DNA of 64,000 nucleotides from Bacteroidales bacterium. Its GTDB lineage: Bacteria; Bacteroidota; Bacteroidia; Bacteroidales; UBA12077. The position numbers and the translations under genes are program-made. Every line of letters begins with the position of its first letter. Position 1 is the stretch's first letter. Where the stretch lies: assembly GCA_036351015.1 (NCBI GenBank), contig JAZBOG010000007.1, positions 260,363-324,362 on the forward strand. The letters run 5' to 3'. This document shows positions 55,990 to 64,000 of the stretch, piece after piece. Under the pieces are notes generated by a model, which had not been told where the DNA came from, did not search any database, and worked only from the letters and a program-made list of their open reading frames with translations.

Positions 55990-57483
55990 ATGAACGTACG
56001 ATTAAGAAAATCCCTTTTAGTATTTGCTGGCCTGTTATTTTTTACTGGTTGTGGACTTGTAGGCGGAGGCGGTAGTTCTAGCGACTCTCCCACTACAGGA
56101 TGGGCATATAATGATCCTGACAATGGAGGATTTGAAGTTAAAACCGGTTATGAACAGGAGCCAGGACCAGGGTTGGTAAAAATTGAAGGAGGTACTTACA
56201 CGATGGGACAGACCGCCCAGGATGTTACTTATGACTGGAATAATGTTCCCCGAAGAGTTACCGTATCTTCATTTTTTATGGATCAAACAGAAGTAAGAAA
56301 TGTTGACTATCGAGAATACTTGCATTGGATACAACGTGTATTTATTGATTATCCGGAAGTATACAGAAATGCTTTACCCGATACGCTGGTTTGGAGAAGT
56401 GCACTTGCTTATAATGAACCTTATGTTCAGTATTATTTCCGCCATCCGGCGTATAACAATTACCCGGTAGTAGGAGTTAACTGGTTACAAGCTAATGATT
56501 ATTGTGTTTGGAGAACTGACCGGGTAAATGAAATGCGACTGATTGAAGAGGGTATCCTGGAGTTGGACCCCAACCAGGTTGGTCGTGAAAACTTTAATAC
56601 CGAGGCTTATCTTGCAGGTCAATATGATGGTTTGGTAAAGGAGAATCTTCCTTCTTTGGATCCAAATGAGGAAAGCCGGATTGTTTCCCTGGAAGATGGA
56701 ATTATATTACCCCGATACCGGCTACCAACAGAAGCTGAGTGGGAATATGCTGCCGTTGCTTTGATTGGAAATACCTATGAAGAACGTATTTATGAAAGAA
56801 GAATGTTCCCCTGGGATGGTCATAATGTTCGCTATCCGGAAGGCAAAAAGCAGGGAACGATGATGGCTAACTTTAAGCGTGGACGTGGTGATATGATGGG
56901 TACTGCAGGAGACCTGAACGATAATGGTTCAATTACTGTTCCGGTAACTTCTTACTGGCCCAATGATTATGGGTTATACTGTATGGCAGGAAATGTTAAC
57001 GAATGGGTAGCCGATGTATACCGTCCTTTATCATACGAAGACGTTGAAGACTTTAACCCTTACCGGGGTAATGTTTTTGAAACACTGGTTAGAAATGAGG
57101 ATGGTAGTATTGCTCAGAAGGATAGTTTAGGTCGATTAAAGACCCGTCCGATAACTGAAGAAGAAGCTGCTATGCGTGATAATTATAATAAAGCAGATTA
57201 CAGGAACTACCGTGATGGTGACCTTCAGTCACGTATTGATTTTGAAAACCAGGAAGCTGCCCGTGGTGCTGCTTCAACAGGCGAAATGTATTCGAAAGAG
57301 GAAAGTGACTGGGCTTCTCTGATTACCGATAAGGTAAGAGTTTATAAAGGAGGATCATGGAGAGACCGGGTATATTGGCTAAACCCAGCTACCCGAAGAT
57401 TCCTGGATGAAGAGAAAGCCAAGGATGACCTGGGATTCAGATGTGCAATGACCAATGTAGGAAGCCCTGGAGGAATGAATTAG
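55990..57483 (+). CDS. gldJ: Gliding motility lipoprotein GldJ (SUMF1/FGE-like fold)
   Basis: Lipobox FFTGC followed by a G/S linker and TTGWAYNDPDNGGFEV, with FGE-sulfatase-like motifs. It is followed by murF, as in other Bacteroidota. Confidence 0.85.
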   Translation: MNVRLRKSLLVFAGLLFFTGCGLVGGGGSSSDSPTTGWAYNDPDNGGFEVKTGYEQEPGPGLVKIEGGTYTMGQTAQDVTYDWNNVPRRVTVSSFFMDQTEVRNVDYREYLHWIQRVFIDYPEVYRNALPDTLVWRSALAYNEPYVQYYFRHPAYNNYPVVGVNWLQANDYCVWRTDRVNEMRLIEEGILELDPNQVGRENFNTEAYLAGQYDGLVKENLPSLDPNEESRIVSLEDGIILPRYRLPTEAEWEYAAVALIGNTYEERIYERRMFPWDGHNVRYPEGKKQGTMMANFKRGRGDMMGTAGDLNDNGSITVPVTSYWPNDYGLYCMAGNVNEWVADVYRPLSYEDVEDFNPYRGNVFETLVRNEDGSIAQKDSLGRLKTRPITEEEAAMRDNYNKADYRNYRDGDLQSRIDFENQEAARGAASTGEMYSKEESDWASLITDKVRVYKGGSWRDRVYWLNPATRRFLDEEKAKDDLGFRCAMTNVGSPGGMN

Positions 57484-57513
57484 TAAATATTAAAAGGATT
57501 TATCTAAATATTT

Positions 57514-57548
57514 TAAAAAAAGCCTCATTGTTCAATGAGGTTTTTTTA
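57514..57548 (+). terminator. Rho-independent terminator after gldJ
   Basis: AAAAAAAGCCTCAT TGTTCA ATGAGGTTTTTTT. Confidence 0.8.
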
Positions 57549-57561
57549 TTTTTATTGTGCT

Positions 57562-58857
57562 ATGAAGATTGAAGAATTATATCCTGTTTTTTTAAAGCAT
57601 CCTGCTATTACTACTGATAGTAGAGTGGTTAAAAGAGATGGGTTGTTTTTTGCCTTAAAAGGCGAGCATTTTGACGGGAATGCCTATGCCCGGCAAGCTA
57701 TTGATCATGGTTGTGCTTATGCTATTATTGATAACCCTTCCTTTAAGCAGGGCGAGCAGTTTATTTTAGTACGGGATGTACTTACCACCCTACAACTGCT
57801 GGCCAATTATCACCGGCAACATCTTGATATACCGGTGATAGGGATCACAGGGTCAAACGGTAAAACAACCACCAAAGAACTGATCGCTGCCGTATTGTCA
57901 AAAAAATATAAAATTACCTCTACCCAGGGAAATTTAAATAATCATATTGGTGTTCCGTTAACCTTACTCTCCTTTTTACAGGATACAAACATTGGGATTG
58001 TAGAAATGGGAGCTAACCATCCGGGAGAAATAAAGGATTTATGCATTATTGCAGAACCCAGCCATGGGTTGATAACCAATATAGGCAAAGCTCATCTTGA
58101 AGGCTTTGGCTCAGTTGAAAATATTATTCGCACCAAAAAGGAGTTGTATGACTTTGTGACTGCCAGGCAGGGTGAAATTTTTTATAATGCCAACGATAAG
58201 CTCTTATCCGGATTCGTTAATGAATTAAAAGTTAATTCAATAAGTTTTGGTGATCCAGGTCGGTCGAAAGTGTATGGAAGCAAAATTCCATCCGGTATTT
58301 TTCTGTGGTTGAAGGTGTTTATTGAATCCCGGGAATATACCCTGCAAACAAAACTGATTGGAGATTATAACATCGATAATATTCTTGCTGCACTGGCTGT
58401 CGGGAATTATTTCGGGGTTGATGACAGGCGTATGATCGAAGCCATTGAAGATTATAAACCGGAGAACAACCGGTCGCAATATATTGAAACCAGGCATAAT
58501 CATGTGTTTCTGGATGCCTATAATGCAAATCCTACCAGTGTAAAAGCAGCGATTGATAATTTTGAGCAATTGAAGGTAAGCCCCAAATGGATCATCCTGG
58601 GGGATATGTTTGAGTTAGGAGTAGATGCGATAAATGATCACCTGGAGATCGTTCAGTTAATTGAGAAGAATAATTATGAGAAAATTATTCTGGTTGGTGA
58701 TATTTTTTCATCGTTAACCCTGAGCAGGGAGATTTTGCAGTTTAAAAATGTCGATTTATTAAAAGATTGGTTGAACAAAAACGCCGTAAAAGGGTCCAAC
58801 ATATTAATTAAAGGATCGCGAGGAAATCAGTTGGAAAAAATTGTTGAATTTTTATAG
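57562..58857 (+). CDS. murF: UDP-N-acetylmuramoyl-tripeptide--D-alanyl-D-alanine ligase
   Basis: ITTDSRVVKRDGLFFALKGEHFDGN and GITGSNGKTTTKE motifs. The track ATG at 57535 lies inside the gldJ terminator stem, so the start was set to the ATG at 57562 (MKIEELY). Confidence 0.9.
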   Translation: MKIEELYPVFLKHPAITTDSRVVKRDGLFFALKGEHFDGNAYARQAIDHGCAYAIIDNPSFKQGEQFILVRDVLTTLQLLANYHRQHLDIPVIGITGSNGKTTTKELIAAVLSKKYKITSTQGNLNNHIGVPLTLLSFLQDTNIGIVEMGANHPGEIKDLCIIAEPSHGLITNIGKAHLEGFGSVENIIRTKKELYDFVTARQGEIFYNANDKLLSGFVNELKVNSISFGDPGRSKVYGSKIPSGIFLWLKVFIESREYTLQTKLIGDYNIDNILAALAVGNYFGVDDRRMIEAIEDYKPENNRSQYIETRHNHVFLDAYNANPTSVKAAIDNFEQLKVSPKWIILGDMFELGVDAINDHLEIVQLIEKNNYEKIILVGDIFSSLTLSREILQFKNVDLLKDWLNKNAVKGSNILIKGSRGNQLEKIVEFL

Positions 58858-58866
58858 CTAGAGATT

Positions 58867-59538
58867 ATGGGAAATAAAATTATGGATCCTATTGTAGGGA
58901 AGTTGATGGGATTAAGATATAAGTCACATCCCTGGCATGGGGTTGAAATAGGCGAAGAAGCTCCCGAAGTATTAACCTGTTATATCGAAATGGTCCCTAC
59001 CGATACCGTCAAATATGAAGTGGATAAAGTAAGTGGGTATTTAAAACTGGACAGGCCTCAAAAATATTCCAATGTTGTCCCTGCATTGTACGGCTTTATC
59101 CCACAGACGTTTAGTGGAAAAAGGGTGGCTGCTTATTGTGAGGAAAAAACCGGGAGAACAAAAATATTGGGGGATAATGACCCCATCGACATCTGTATTT
59201 TAACCGAGAAAGAGATAACCCACGGAGATATCCTGGTGAGGGCAAGACCCATAGGTGGTTTTCGGATGATTGACGGGGATGAAGCCGACGATAAAATCAT
59301 TGCCGTATTAAATAATGATGCCGTATATGGTAATTATCAGGATATCACAGATTGTCCGGAACTAATCATTGACCGTTTAAAACATTACTTCTTAACTTAC
59401 AAGGATTTGCCCGGAAATAAAGCAAATACTGAGATTACAAATACTTATGGGATAGATGAAGCTCACGAAGTAATCAGGCGATCGATGGATGATTACCATG
59501 AACGATTTCATGATTTTGAGAATATGTTATCCATCTAG
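58867..59538 (+). CDS. ppa: Inorganic diphosphatase (family I)
   Basis: Pattern YIEMVPTDTVKYEVDK...GDNDPIDICIL...DDKIIAV. It is longer than the E. coli enzyme because of an N-terminal extension and an internal insert. Confidence 0.8.
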   Translation: MGNKIMDPIVGKLMGLRYKSHPWHGVEIGEEAPEVLTCYIEMVPTDTVKYEVDKVSGYLKLDRPQKYSNVVPALYGFIPQTFSGKRVAAYCEEKTGRTKILGDNDPIDICILTEKEITHGDILVRARPIGGFRMIDGDEADDKIIAVLNNDAVYGNYQDITDCPELIIDRLKHYFLTYKDLPGNKANTEITNTYGIDEAHEVIRRSMDDYHERFHDFENMLSI

Positions 59539-60555
59539 TTTTTTCAGCTGGGAGAATTTTTTTTTCTTACGAAAAAAATAATTGATAACAATACTTTCCT
59601 GAAATATTTCCCGGTGATCTTTTACCGAAGAAGTGGGTTGAATAATTTTCCGCTTGGCACGAAGTTTTCGCAGCGACTGGTAAAAATGGATATGTGCTTT
59701 TCCAACGGCCGTGAAGTTACGAAAAGAAAATTTCAAAAGATAAATCATTGCCGAGAGCCCATCGAATATCATTCTGGGAAAAAGGGTCCTCAGGAGCTTA
59801 CCTTTTGGCAGGTTTTTATAAAGCAAAAAAAGGTTATTCCGGTAGTTGAGGTAAAGTTTAAAGGGACTTGCGGGAAGTGTTCCGCCACCAACATGGAAAA
59901 CTTCCGAAGCGGGTTGAACAACTATTTTATACCCCGAATTTTTTAGTCGCCAGCACAAATCAATTTCTTCCATGTGTGCAAAGAAGTCATCGTCGAAACC
60001 ACCCACCTGGTGAAACAGGTTGGCCCGGACTACCATACAGGCTCCGGTAGCCCAGAAAATTTCCCGGACATCATTGTATTGGCCGTTGTCTTTTTCAAGG
60101 GTATCAAGAATTCGTCCCCGGCAAAAAGGATAGCCATACTTGTCAATAAAACCACCGGAGGCACCGGCATATTCAAAAGTTTGTTTATGATCGAATGCTT
60201 TGATCTTTGGCTGACATGCCGCAATTTTTTCATCGGAATCCATGAGCTCAATTAAAGGTTTAAGCCACCCCTCCGTAACTTCAATATCCGAGTTAAGTAA
60301 TACGTAATATTTTGCTTTAACCTGATGTAATGCCTGGTTATACCCCCCTGCAAAACCATAATTTTTATCCAGCCGGATGAGCTCTAATGTCGGAAAATGT
60401 TGATTTAGAAATGCGATGGAATCATCCGTTGAGTGATTGTCCGCGATGATAATCCTGGTATCCTGGATGGTGGTATAATTAATGATGTTAGGCAAAAATT
60501 GTTGTAAAAAATTTTTTCCGTTCCAGTTTAGAATTACTACTGCTGTTTCTGACAT
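59527..60555 (-). CDS. Glycosyltransferase family 2 protein
   Basis: VVILNWNG N-terminus, with DNHSTD and DxD-like (NSDIEV) motifs. Confidence 0.85.
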   Translation of the reverse strand: MSETAVVILNWNGKNFLQQFLPNIINYTTIQDTRIIIADNHSTDDSIAFLNQHFPTLELIRLDKNYGFAGGYNQALHQVKAKYYVLLNSDIEVTEGWLKPLIELMDSDEKIAACQPKIKAFDHKQTFEYAGASGGFIDKYGYPFCRGRILDTLEKDNGQYNDVREIFWATGACMVVRANLFHQVGGFDDDFFAHMEEIDLCWRLKNSGYKIVVQPASEVFHVGGGTLPASPFKLYLNYRNNLFLLYKNLPKGKLLRTLFPRMIFDGLSAMIYLLKFSFRNFTAVGKAHIHFYQSLRKLRAKRKIIQPTSSVKDHREIFQESIVINYFFRKKKKFSQLKKLDG

Positions 60556-60567
60556 TTAATGATATTT

Positions 60568-61458
60568 TTAATGTAGAGGGGTTTCAGGAGATCGTTTATG
60601 CTTCCATCGTTTATGCGACCATAACCAGTATTCCGGTTTTTCCCGGATGTATTTCTCCAGCAAACGTAAATGGGCCTCGGTTATCTCATATTCTTTCCGG
60701 TCTTTCGCATCATGAAAAAGTAAGGTTGGAATTAACTGGTATTTCCCTCTCTTTATTTTATCCACATGGGTATAAACCACCGCAGCATTTAACCGTTGGG
60801 CAATTTTTTCAGGGCCTAAAAATACCGGGGTTTCCTGGTTCAGAAAGGTGGTCCAGTAATTACTGCTGTTTAAAGGGGGGCGCTGATCAGCAATTAATCC
60901 TAAAATCGTGAGTTGATTATTTTGGTTATAATGGAGAACTGTCCGGTAGGCATCTTTCATGGTAACAGGTACTTCGCCAAATTTTGCCCGCATTTTATAA
61001 AATTCCTGATTAAAGAATTTATTGTTTAAAGGCTTATAAACACAAAGAGTGGTATGTGACGAAAACAGGGGTAACGTAATAAATATTTCCCAGTTCCCAT
61101 AATGTGCGGTAACCCCTACAATACTTTTTCCCTGGGTAAATAAGTCAGAAAGTATTTCATGATTTTTAAACTCAACCATCCTCCGGATACGTTCAGGCTT
61201 CATCTTAATTAGCGCGATGTTCTCAACAAAAATATCACTCAGGTGATGAAAGAATTTTTTGCGTATGATTTTGATCTCCTGATCGTTTTTTTCAGGAAAA
61301 GCGTTTTTAAGATTTTGAGTAACTACTTTCTTCCGGTAACCAATTAGATAATACAGAAAAATAAAAATAATATCGGCGATGCCATACAATATAAAATCAG
61401 GAGCTCGGCTTAACAACCAGCTTAAGGCTTTGAATAAATAGTATCCGATTCTTTTCAC
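60568..61458 (-). CDS. Lysophospholipid / lipid A biosynthesis (LpxL-HtrB-like) acyltransferase
   Basis: N-terminal transmembrane helix, NLKNAFPEK, and the HYGNWE catalytic motif (HxxxxE/D). GTG start, 5 nt after the upstream gene's stop. Confidence 0.75.
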   Translation of the reverse strand: MKRIGYYLFKALSWLLSRAPDFILYGIADIIFIFLYYLIGYRKKVVTQNLKNAFPEKNDQEIKIIRKKFFHHLSDIFVENIALIKMKPERIRRMVEFKNHEILSDLFTQGKSIVGVTAHYGNWEIFITLPLFSSHTTLCVYKPLNNKFFNQEFYKMRAKFGEVPVTMKDAYRTVLHYNQNNQLTILGLIADQRPPLNSSNYWTTFLNQETPVFLGPEKIAQRLNAAVVYTHVDKIKRGKYQLIPTLLFHDAKDRKEYEITEAHLRLLEKYIREKPEYWLWSHKRWKHKRSPETPLH

Positions 61459-61462
61459 AGGA

Positions 61463-62257
61463 TTAGTTGTTCATATATTGTTTTACTATCGATAAAAATT
61501 CGTCAAAAACATCATGATTAGCAGCAACAATCTCTTGGCCAAAAATGTAGTTGCCTTCTCCTTCAAAGTCGGAAACTTTTCCTCCGGCCTGTTGTACGAT
61601 AAAAGCACCGGCAGCCACATCCCACGGACTTAAACTGTACTCATAAAAAGCCTCAAAACGTCCACACGCAACATAAGCCAGGTCAGTGGCTGCAGACCCT
61701 AGTCTTCGAACACCATGAGTGTTTCTCATAAAATGTTCCAGCGACGCGATAAAAGGTTTCATCCTTTGATAATCGTAGTATGGAAAACCTGTGGCAATTA
61801 AACTATCCTTAACAGATTCTTTATTTGAGACCTTGATCTGCTGGCCATTTAAAAAAGCAGGACTTCCTTTCCATGCATAAAAACACTCGTCGAGACCAAA
61901 CTCATAAACCACCCCAAGTACAACCTTCTCTTTTTCCATTAGGGCTATACTAATGGAAAAGGGAGTAATGCCATGAATAAAATTAGTGGTCCCGTCCAGT
62001 GGATCGATAATCCAGTTATAATTTTCACCTCTTGTGGTGGTTGTTTGTTCTTCAACAATATATCCTGCTTCAGGTAAAATTACATTTAATCCTTCAACAA
62101 GTTTTTGTTCCGAGGTTTTATCCACATAGGTTACAAAATCATGTAACCCCTTTTCTTCGAACCGAATCGATGAGTTGTTTTTCCTTTCGTTAAGAATAAA
62201 CTGACCCGTTTTTCTGGTCAGCTCAATTACTTGATTGCAAATCTTTTCAAAATCCAT
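61463..62257 (-). CDS. Inositol monophosphatase family protein
   Basis: WIIDPLDGTTNF and WDVAAG motifs. The track start at 62275 is TTG. The ATG at 62257 (MDFEKI) is the more likely start. Confidence 0.85.
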   Translation of the reverse strand: MDFEKICNQVIELTRKTGQFILNERKNNSSIRFEEKGLHDFVTYVDKTSEQKLVEGLNVILPEAGYIVEEQTTTTRGENYNWIIDPLDGTTNFIHGITPFSISIALMEKEKVVLGVVYEFGLDECFYAWKGSPAFLNGQQIKVSNKESVKDSLIATGFPYYDYQRMKPFIASLEHFMRNTHGVRRLGSAATDLAYVACGRFEAFYEYSLSPWDVAAGAFIVQQAGGKVSDFEGEGNYIFGQEIVAANHDVFDEFLSIVKQYMNN

Positions 62258-62318
62258 AGCCTCTTTTTTTTTCAAAGATAATAAACGATCTGCTGAACAT
62301 CTATTTTCTTAACATTTT

Positions 62319-63629
62319 TTAAAGCATTTGTACCGTTACATTCCCATTTTCGGACAGGTTGATTAATTTAACCGGAACAATTTTTCCGATAAGGGAACGG
62401 GTATAGGGCATCTCTACTTTGATATAGTTTTCGGTAAAACCAAACATTAGTCCGTTCTTTTTATTCGATTCGAAAAGGACCTGCGCCTGTTTTCCAAGGT
62501 TTTGCTGATAGAATAACCTTTGTTTTTCATCGGCCAGCTGATGTAAAAGTTTACTCCGGTGATGGATTATGCGTTGGGGGACTTTGTTCCCAAAGGTTGC
62601 TGATCGGGTATTTGGCCGTTCGGAATAGGAAAATACATGATAAAAGGATGCTTCTATGCCCTGAAGAAAATGATAGGTATCCTTAAAATCGTCGTCTGTT
62701 TCTCCCGGAAAACCAACAATTACATCTACACCAATAAATGCGTCTGGCATTAAGTGCCTGATCTTTTGAATCCGTGTCTGGAACAGTTCCCTGTTATATC
62801 TGCGCTGCATCTTTGCAAGAATCTTATTGCAACCCGACTGAAGAGGAATATGAAAATGATTCAGAATCTTTTTTGATCCGGACACCCACTCAATAATTTC
62901 ATCGTTCAACAGGTTAGGCTCTATTGATGAGATACGGATTCGTTCTATTCCCTGAACATTTTCAAGCGCACGGATCAGGTCATAGAAGGTTTCGTTGGTT
63001 GCTTTGCCAAAGTCACCAATATTTACCCCGGTTAATATAATTTCTTTTATTCCTGATTGAGCGATTTGGGAAGCTTCGCTAACCAGTTCGGAAATTTTTT
63101 TGTTGCGACTTTTCCCCCTGGCTAAGGGAATTGTACAGTAAGAACAGGAATAGTCGCAACCATCCTGGACTTTTAAAAAGGAACGTGTACGATCGGCTTC
63201 GGAATGTGAAGAGTCAAACCGTTCTACGGCTTCAATTTCACAGGAATATACTCGTGGAGAGTCATTTTTATGTAAATTTTCCAGGTAGTTTAAAATGTTG
63301 AACTTTTCATTGGTTCCCAGCACCAGGTCAACTCCCAGTGTTGAGGCAATTTCATTGGGTTTTAACTGTGCATAACACCCTACCACTGCAATATATGCTT
63401 CGGGGTTTTGGTGTTGAATTTTTTTGATGGTCTGTTTGCACTTCTTATCGGCTTGGCTGGTTACCGAGCAGGTGTTAATTACATAAATATCTGCCCCGGA
63501 GTTAAATTTTACGACCTCAAACCCGTTTTCTTTAAATGTTCTTGATATGGTAGATGTTTCTGAGAAATTTAATTTACAACCCAGGGTATGAAACGCAACT
63601 TTTTTCCCTTTTCCCTCATTTTTTTCCAT
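62319..63629 (-). CDS. mtaB: tRNA (t6A37) methylthiotransferase MtaB (radical SAM)
   Basis: N-terminal MTTase Cys triad region (LGCKLN...NTCSVT), the radical SAM motif GCDYSCSYCTIP, and a C-terminal TRAM-like region. Confidence 0.75.
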   Translation of the reverse strand: MEKNEGKGKKVAFHTLGCKLNFSETSTISRTFKENGFEVVKFNSGADIYVINTCSVTSQADKKCKQTIKKIQHQNPEAYIAVVGCYAQLKPNEIASTLGVDLVLGTNEKFNILNYLENLHKNDSPRVYSCEIEAVERFDSSHSEADRTRSFLKVQDGCDYSCSYCTIPLARGKSRNKKISELVSEASQIAQSGIKEIILTGVNIGDFGKATNETFYDLIRALENVQGIERIRISSIEPNLLNDEIIEWVSGSKKILNHFHIPLQSGCNKILAKMQRRYNRELFQTRIQKIRHLMPDAFIGVDVIVGFPGETDDDFKDTYHFLQGIEASFYHVFSYSERPNTRSATFGNKVPQRIIHHRSKLLHQLADEKQRLFYQQNLGKQAQVLFESNKKNGLMFGFTENYIKVEMPYTRSLIGKIVPVKLINLSENGNVTVQML

Positions 63630-63671
63630 GGTTCACCTCTTTTTCAGGGGGACAAAGTTACGTTTTTTCAT

Positions 63672-64000
63672 TTAATTTTTTCCTTTTTGGTAGTCATCAT
63701 AGATTTGCCGGATCATTCCATCGGCAATACCCACTTTGGGAACAATAATTTCTCTGGCACCCGACCACTTAACAATTTTAAAGAGTAAATCGGAGGCCGG
63801 AATAATTACATCTGCCCGGTCGGGGTTGAGTCCAAGGATTTTGATACGATCTTCGTAACTGTAATGCTTAATTTCATTGTAAACTTTTTTTAGTACCTCT
63901 GTAGCTAAGGGTTTGCCTTCTTTTTTTCGGGAGAGTTTTAACAGTTTGTTAATATTTCCACCAGAACCGATGATTTGAAGTCCGGGATAGGACTTCCTGA
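63672..64000 (-). CDS. Ppx/GppA family phosphatase, 3' end only (partial)
   Basis: My reverse-strand translation reads ...IIGSGGNINKLLKLSRKKEGKPL...YEDRIKILGLNPDRADVIIPA...IVPKVGIADGMIRQIYDDYQKGKN*, with the stop at 63672-63674. This matches the C-terminal part of the exopolyphosphatase-like ASKHA domain. Confidence 0.7.
   Translation of the reverse strand, partial: RKSYPGLQIIGSGGNINKLLKLSRKKEGKPLATEVLKKVYNEIKHYSYEDRIKILGLNPDRADVIIPASDLLFKIVKWSGAREIIVPKVGIADGMIRQIYDDYQKGKN

Noticed and set aside
57535-57561. Track start of murF at 57535. Similar long N-terminal extensions start at TTG at 242, 13863, 31294, 31360, 36566, 39163 and 62275.
   Set aside because: The ATG at 57535 lies inside the stem of the gldJ terminator. 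The other extensions begin at TTG, add non-homologous residues, or overlap a neighbouring gene or promoter box. In each case a downstream ATG gives the family-typical N-terminus. The TTG at 25342 and the GTG at 61458 were kept, because no downstream ATG preserves the signal peptide or transmembrane segment.
1-64000. Whole-window scan for CRISPR arrays, tRNA/rRNA genes, transposases, integrases, restriction-modification genes or other mobile or defence hallmarks.
   Set aside because: I found no regularly spaced direct repeats, no tRNA-like GC-rich cloverleaf segments in any intergenic region (all are short and AT-rich), and no ORF with transposase, integrase, RT, nuclease-ATPase or methyltransferase motifs. 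The only accessory-looking locus is 6.4-8.1 kb, reported as a finding.

Overview
The window looks like a chromosomal segment from a Bacteroidota genome. It is AT-rich, genes lack Shine-Dalgarno sequences, there are TAnnTTTG-type -7 promoter boxes, and many proteins carry T9SS or lipoprotein signals. Gene density is high, with about 60 CDS, mostly housekeeping or envelope functions.

Recognisable housekeeping and envelope genes:
- alaS, gap, ispF, murF, ppa, hutU, mtaB
- a CCA-adding enzyme
- an Mla-type lipid ABC system
- a LemA-TPM-TPM triad
- a MerR-Nif3-zinc-ribbon block

A type IX secretion / gliding hub sits at 49.7-57.5 kb: porV-porU, divergent from a porP/sprF-family gene followed by gldJ and murF.

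I saw no rRNA, tRNA, CRISPR array, transposase, integrase or prophage genes.

The ORF track sometimes begins at TTG or GTG and over-extends N-termini. I re-set several starts to the first plausible ATG.

Observations most worth follow-up:
1. Two tandem 41-codon lipoprotein genes (18727-19051, minus strand) fall below the ORF-track cutoff. They share a CPAYSQ...IEQ core encoded with almost entirely synonymous codon differences, and they lie just upstream of an unannotated predicted outer-membrane protein.
2. An AT-rich orphan cassette (6768-8146) encodes a 101-aa unknown protein plus a signal-less trypsin-fold protein. The GNSGSP serine motif is intact, but the His and Asp motifs look degenerate. 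A 502-bp gap full of symmetric elements precedes it.
3. A cyclic-nucleotide-binding (CAP-type) domain is fused to a full aspartate ammonia-lyase (8224-10089).
4. An AmmeMemoRadiSam operon has an acylphosphatase gene wedged between amrA and amrS. It is followed on the same strand by DUF2752, CCC-motif membrane protein and LuxC-like acyl-CoA reductase genes.

All functional calls rest on motif and family recognition by eye. No database searches were run.
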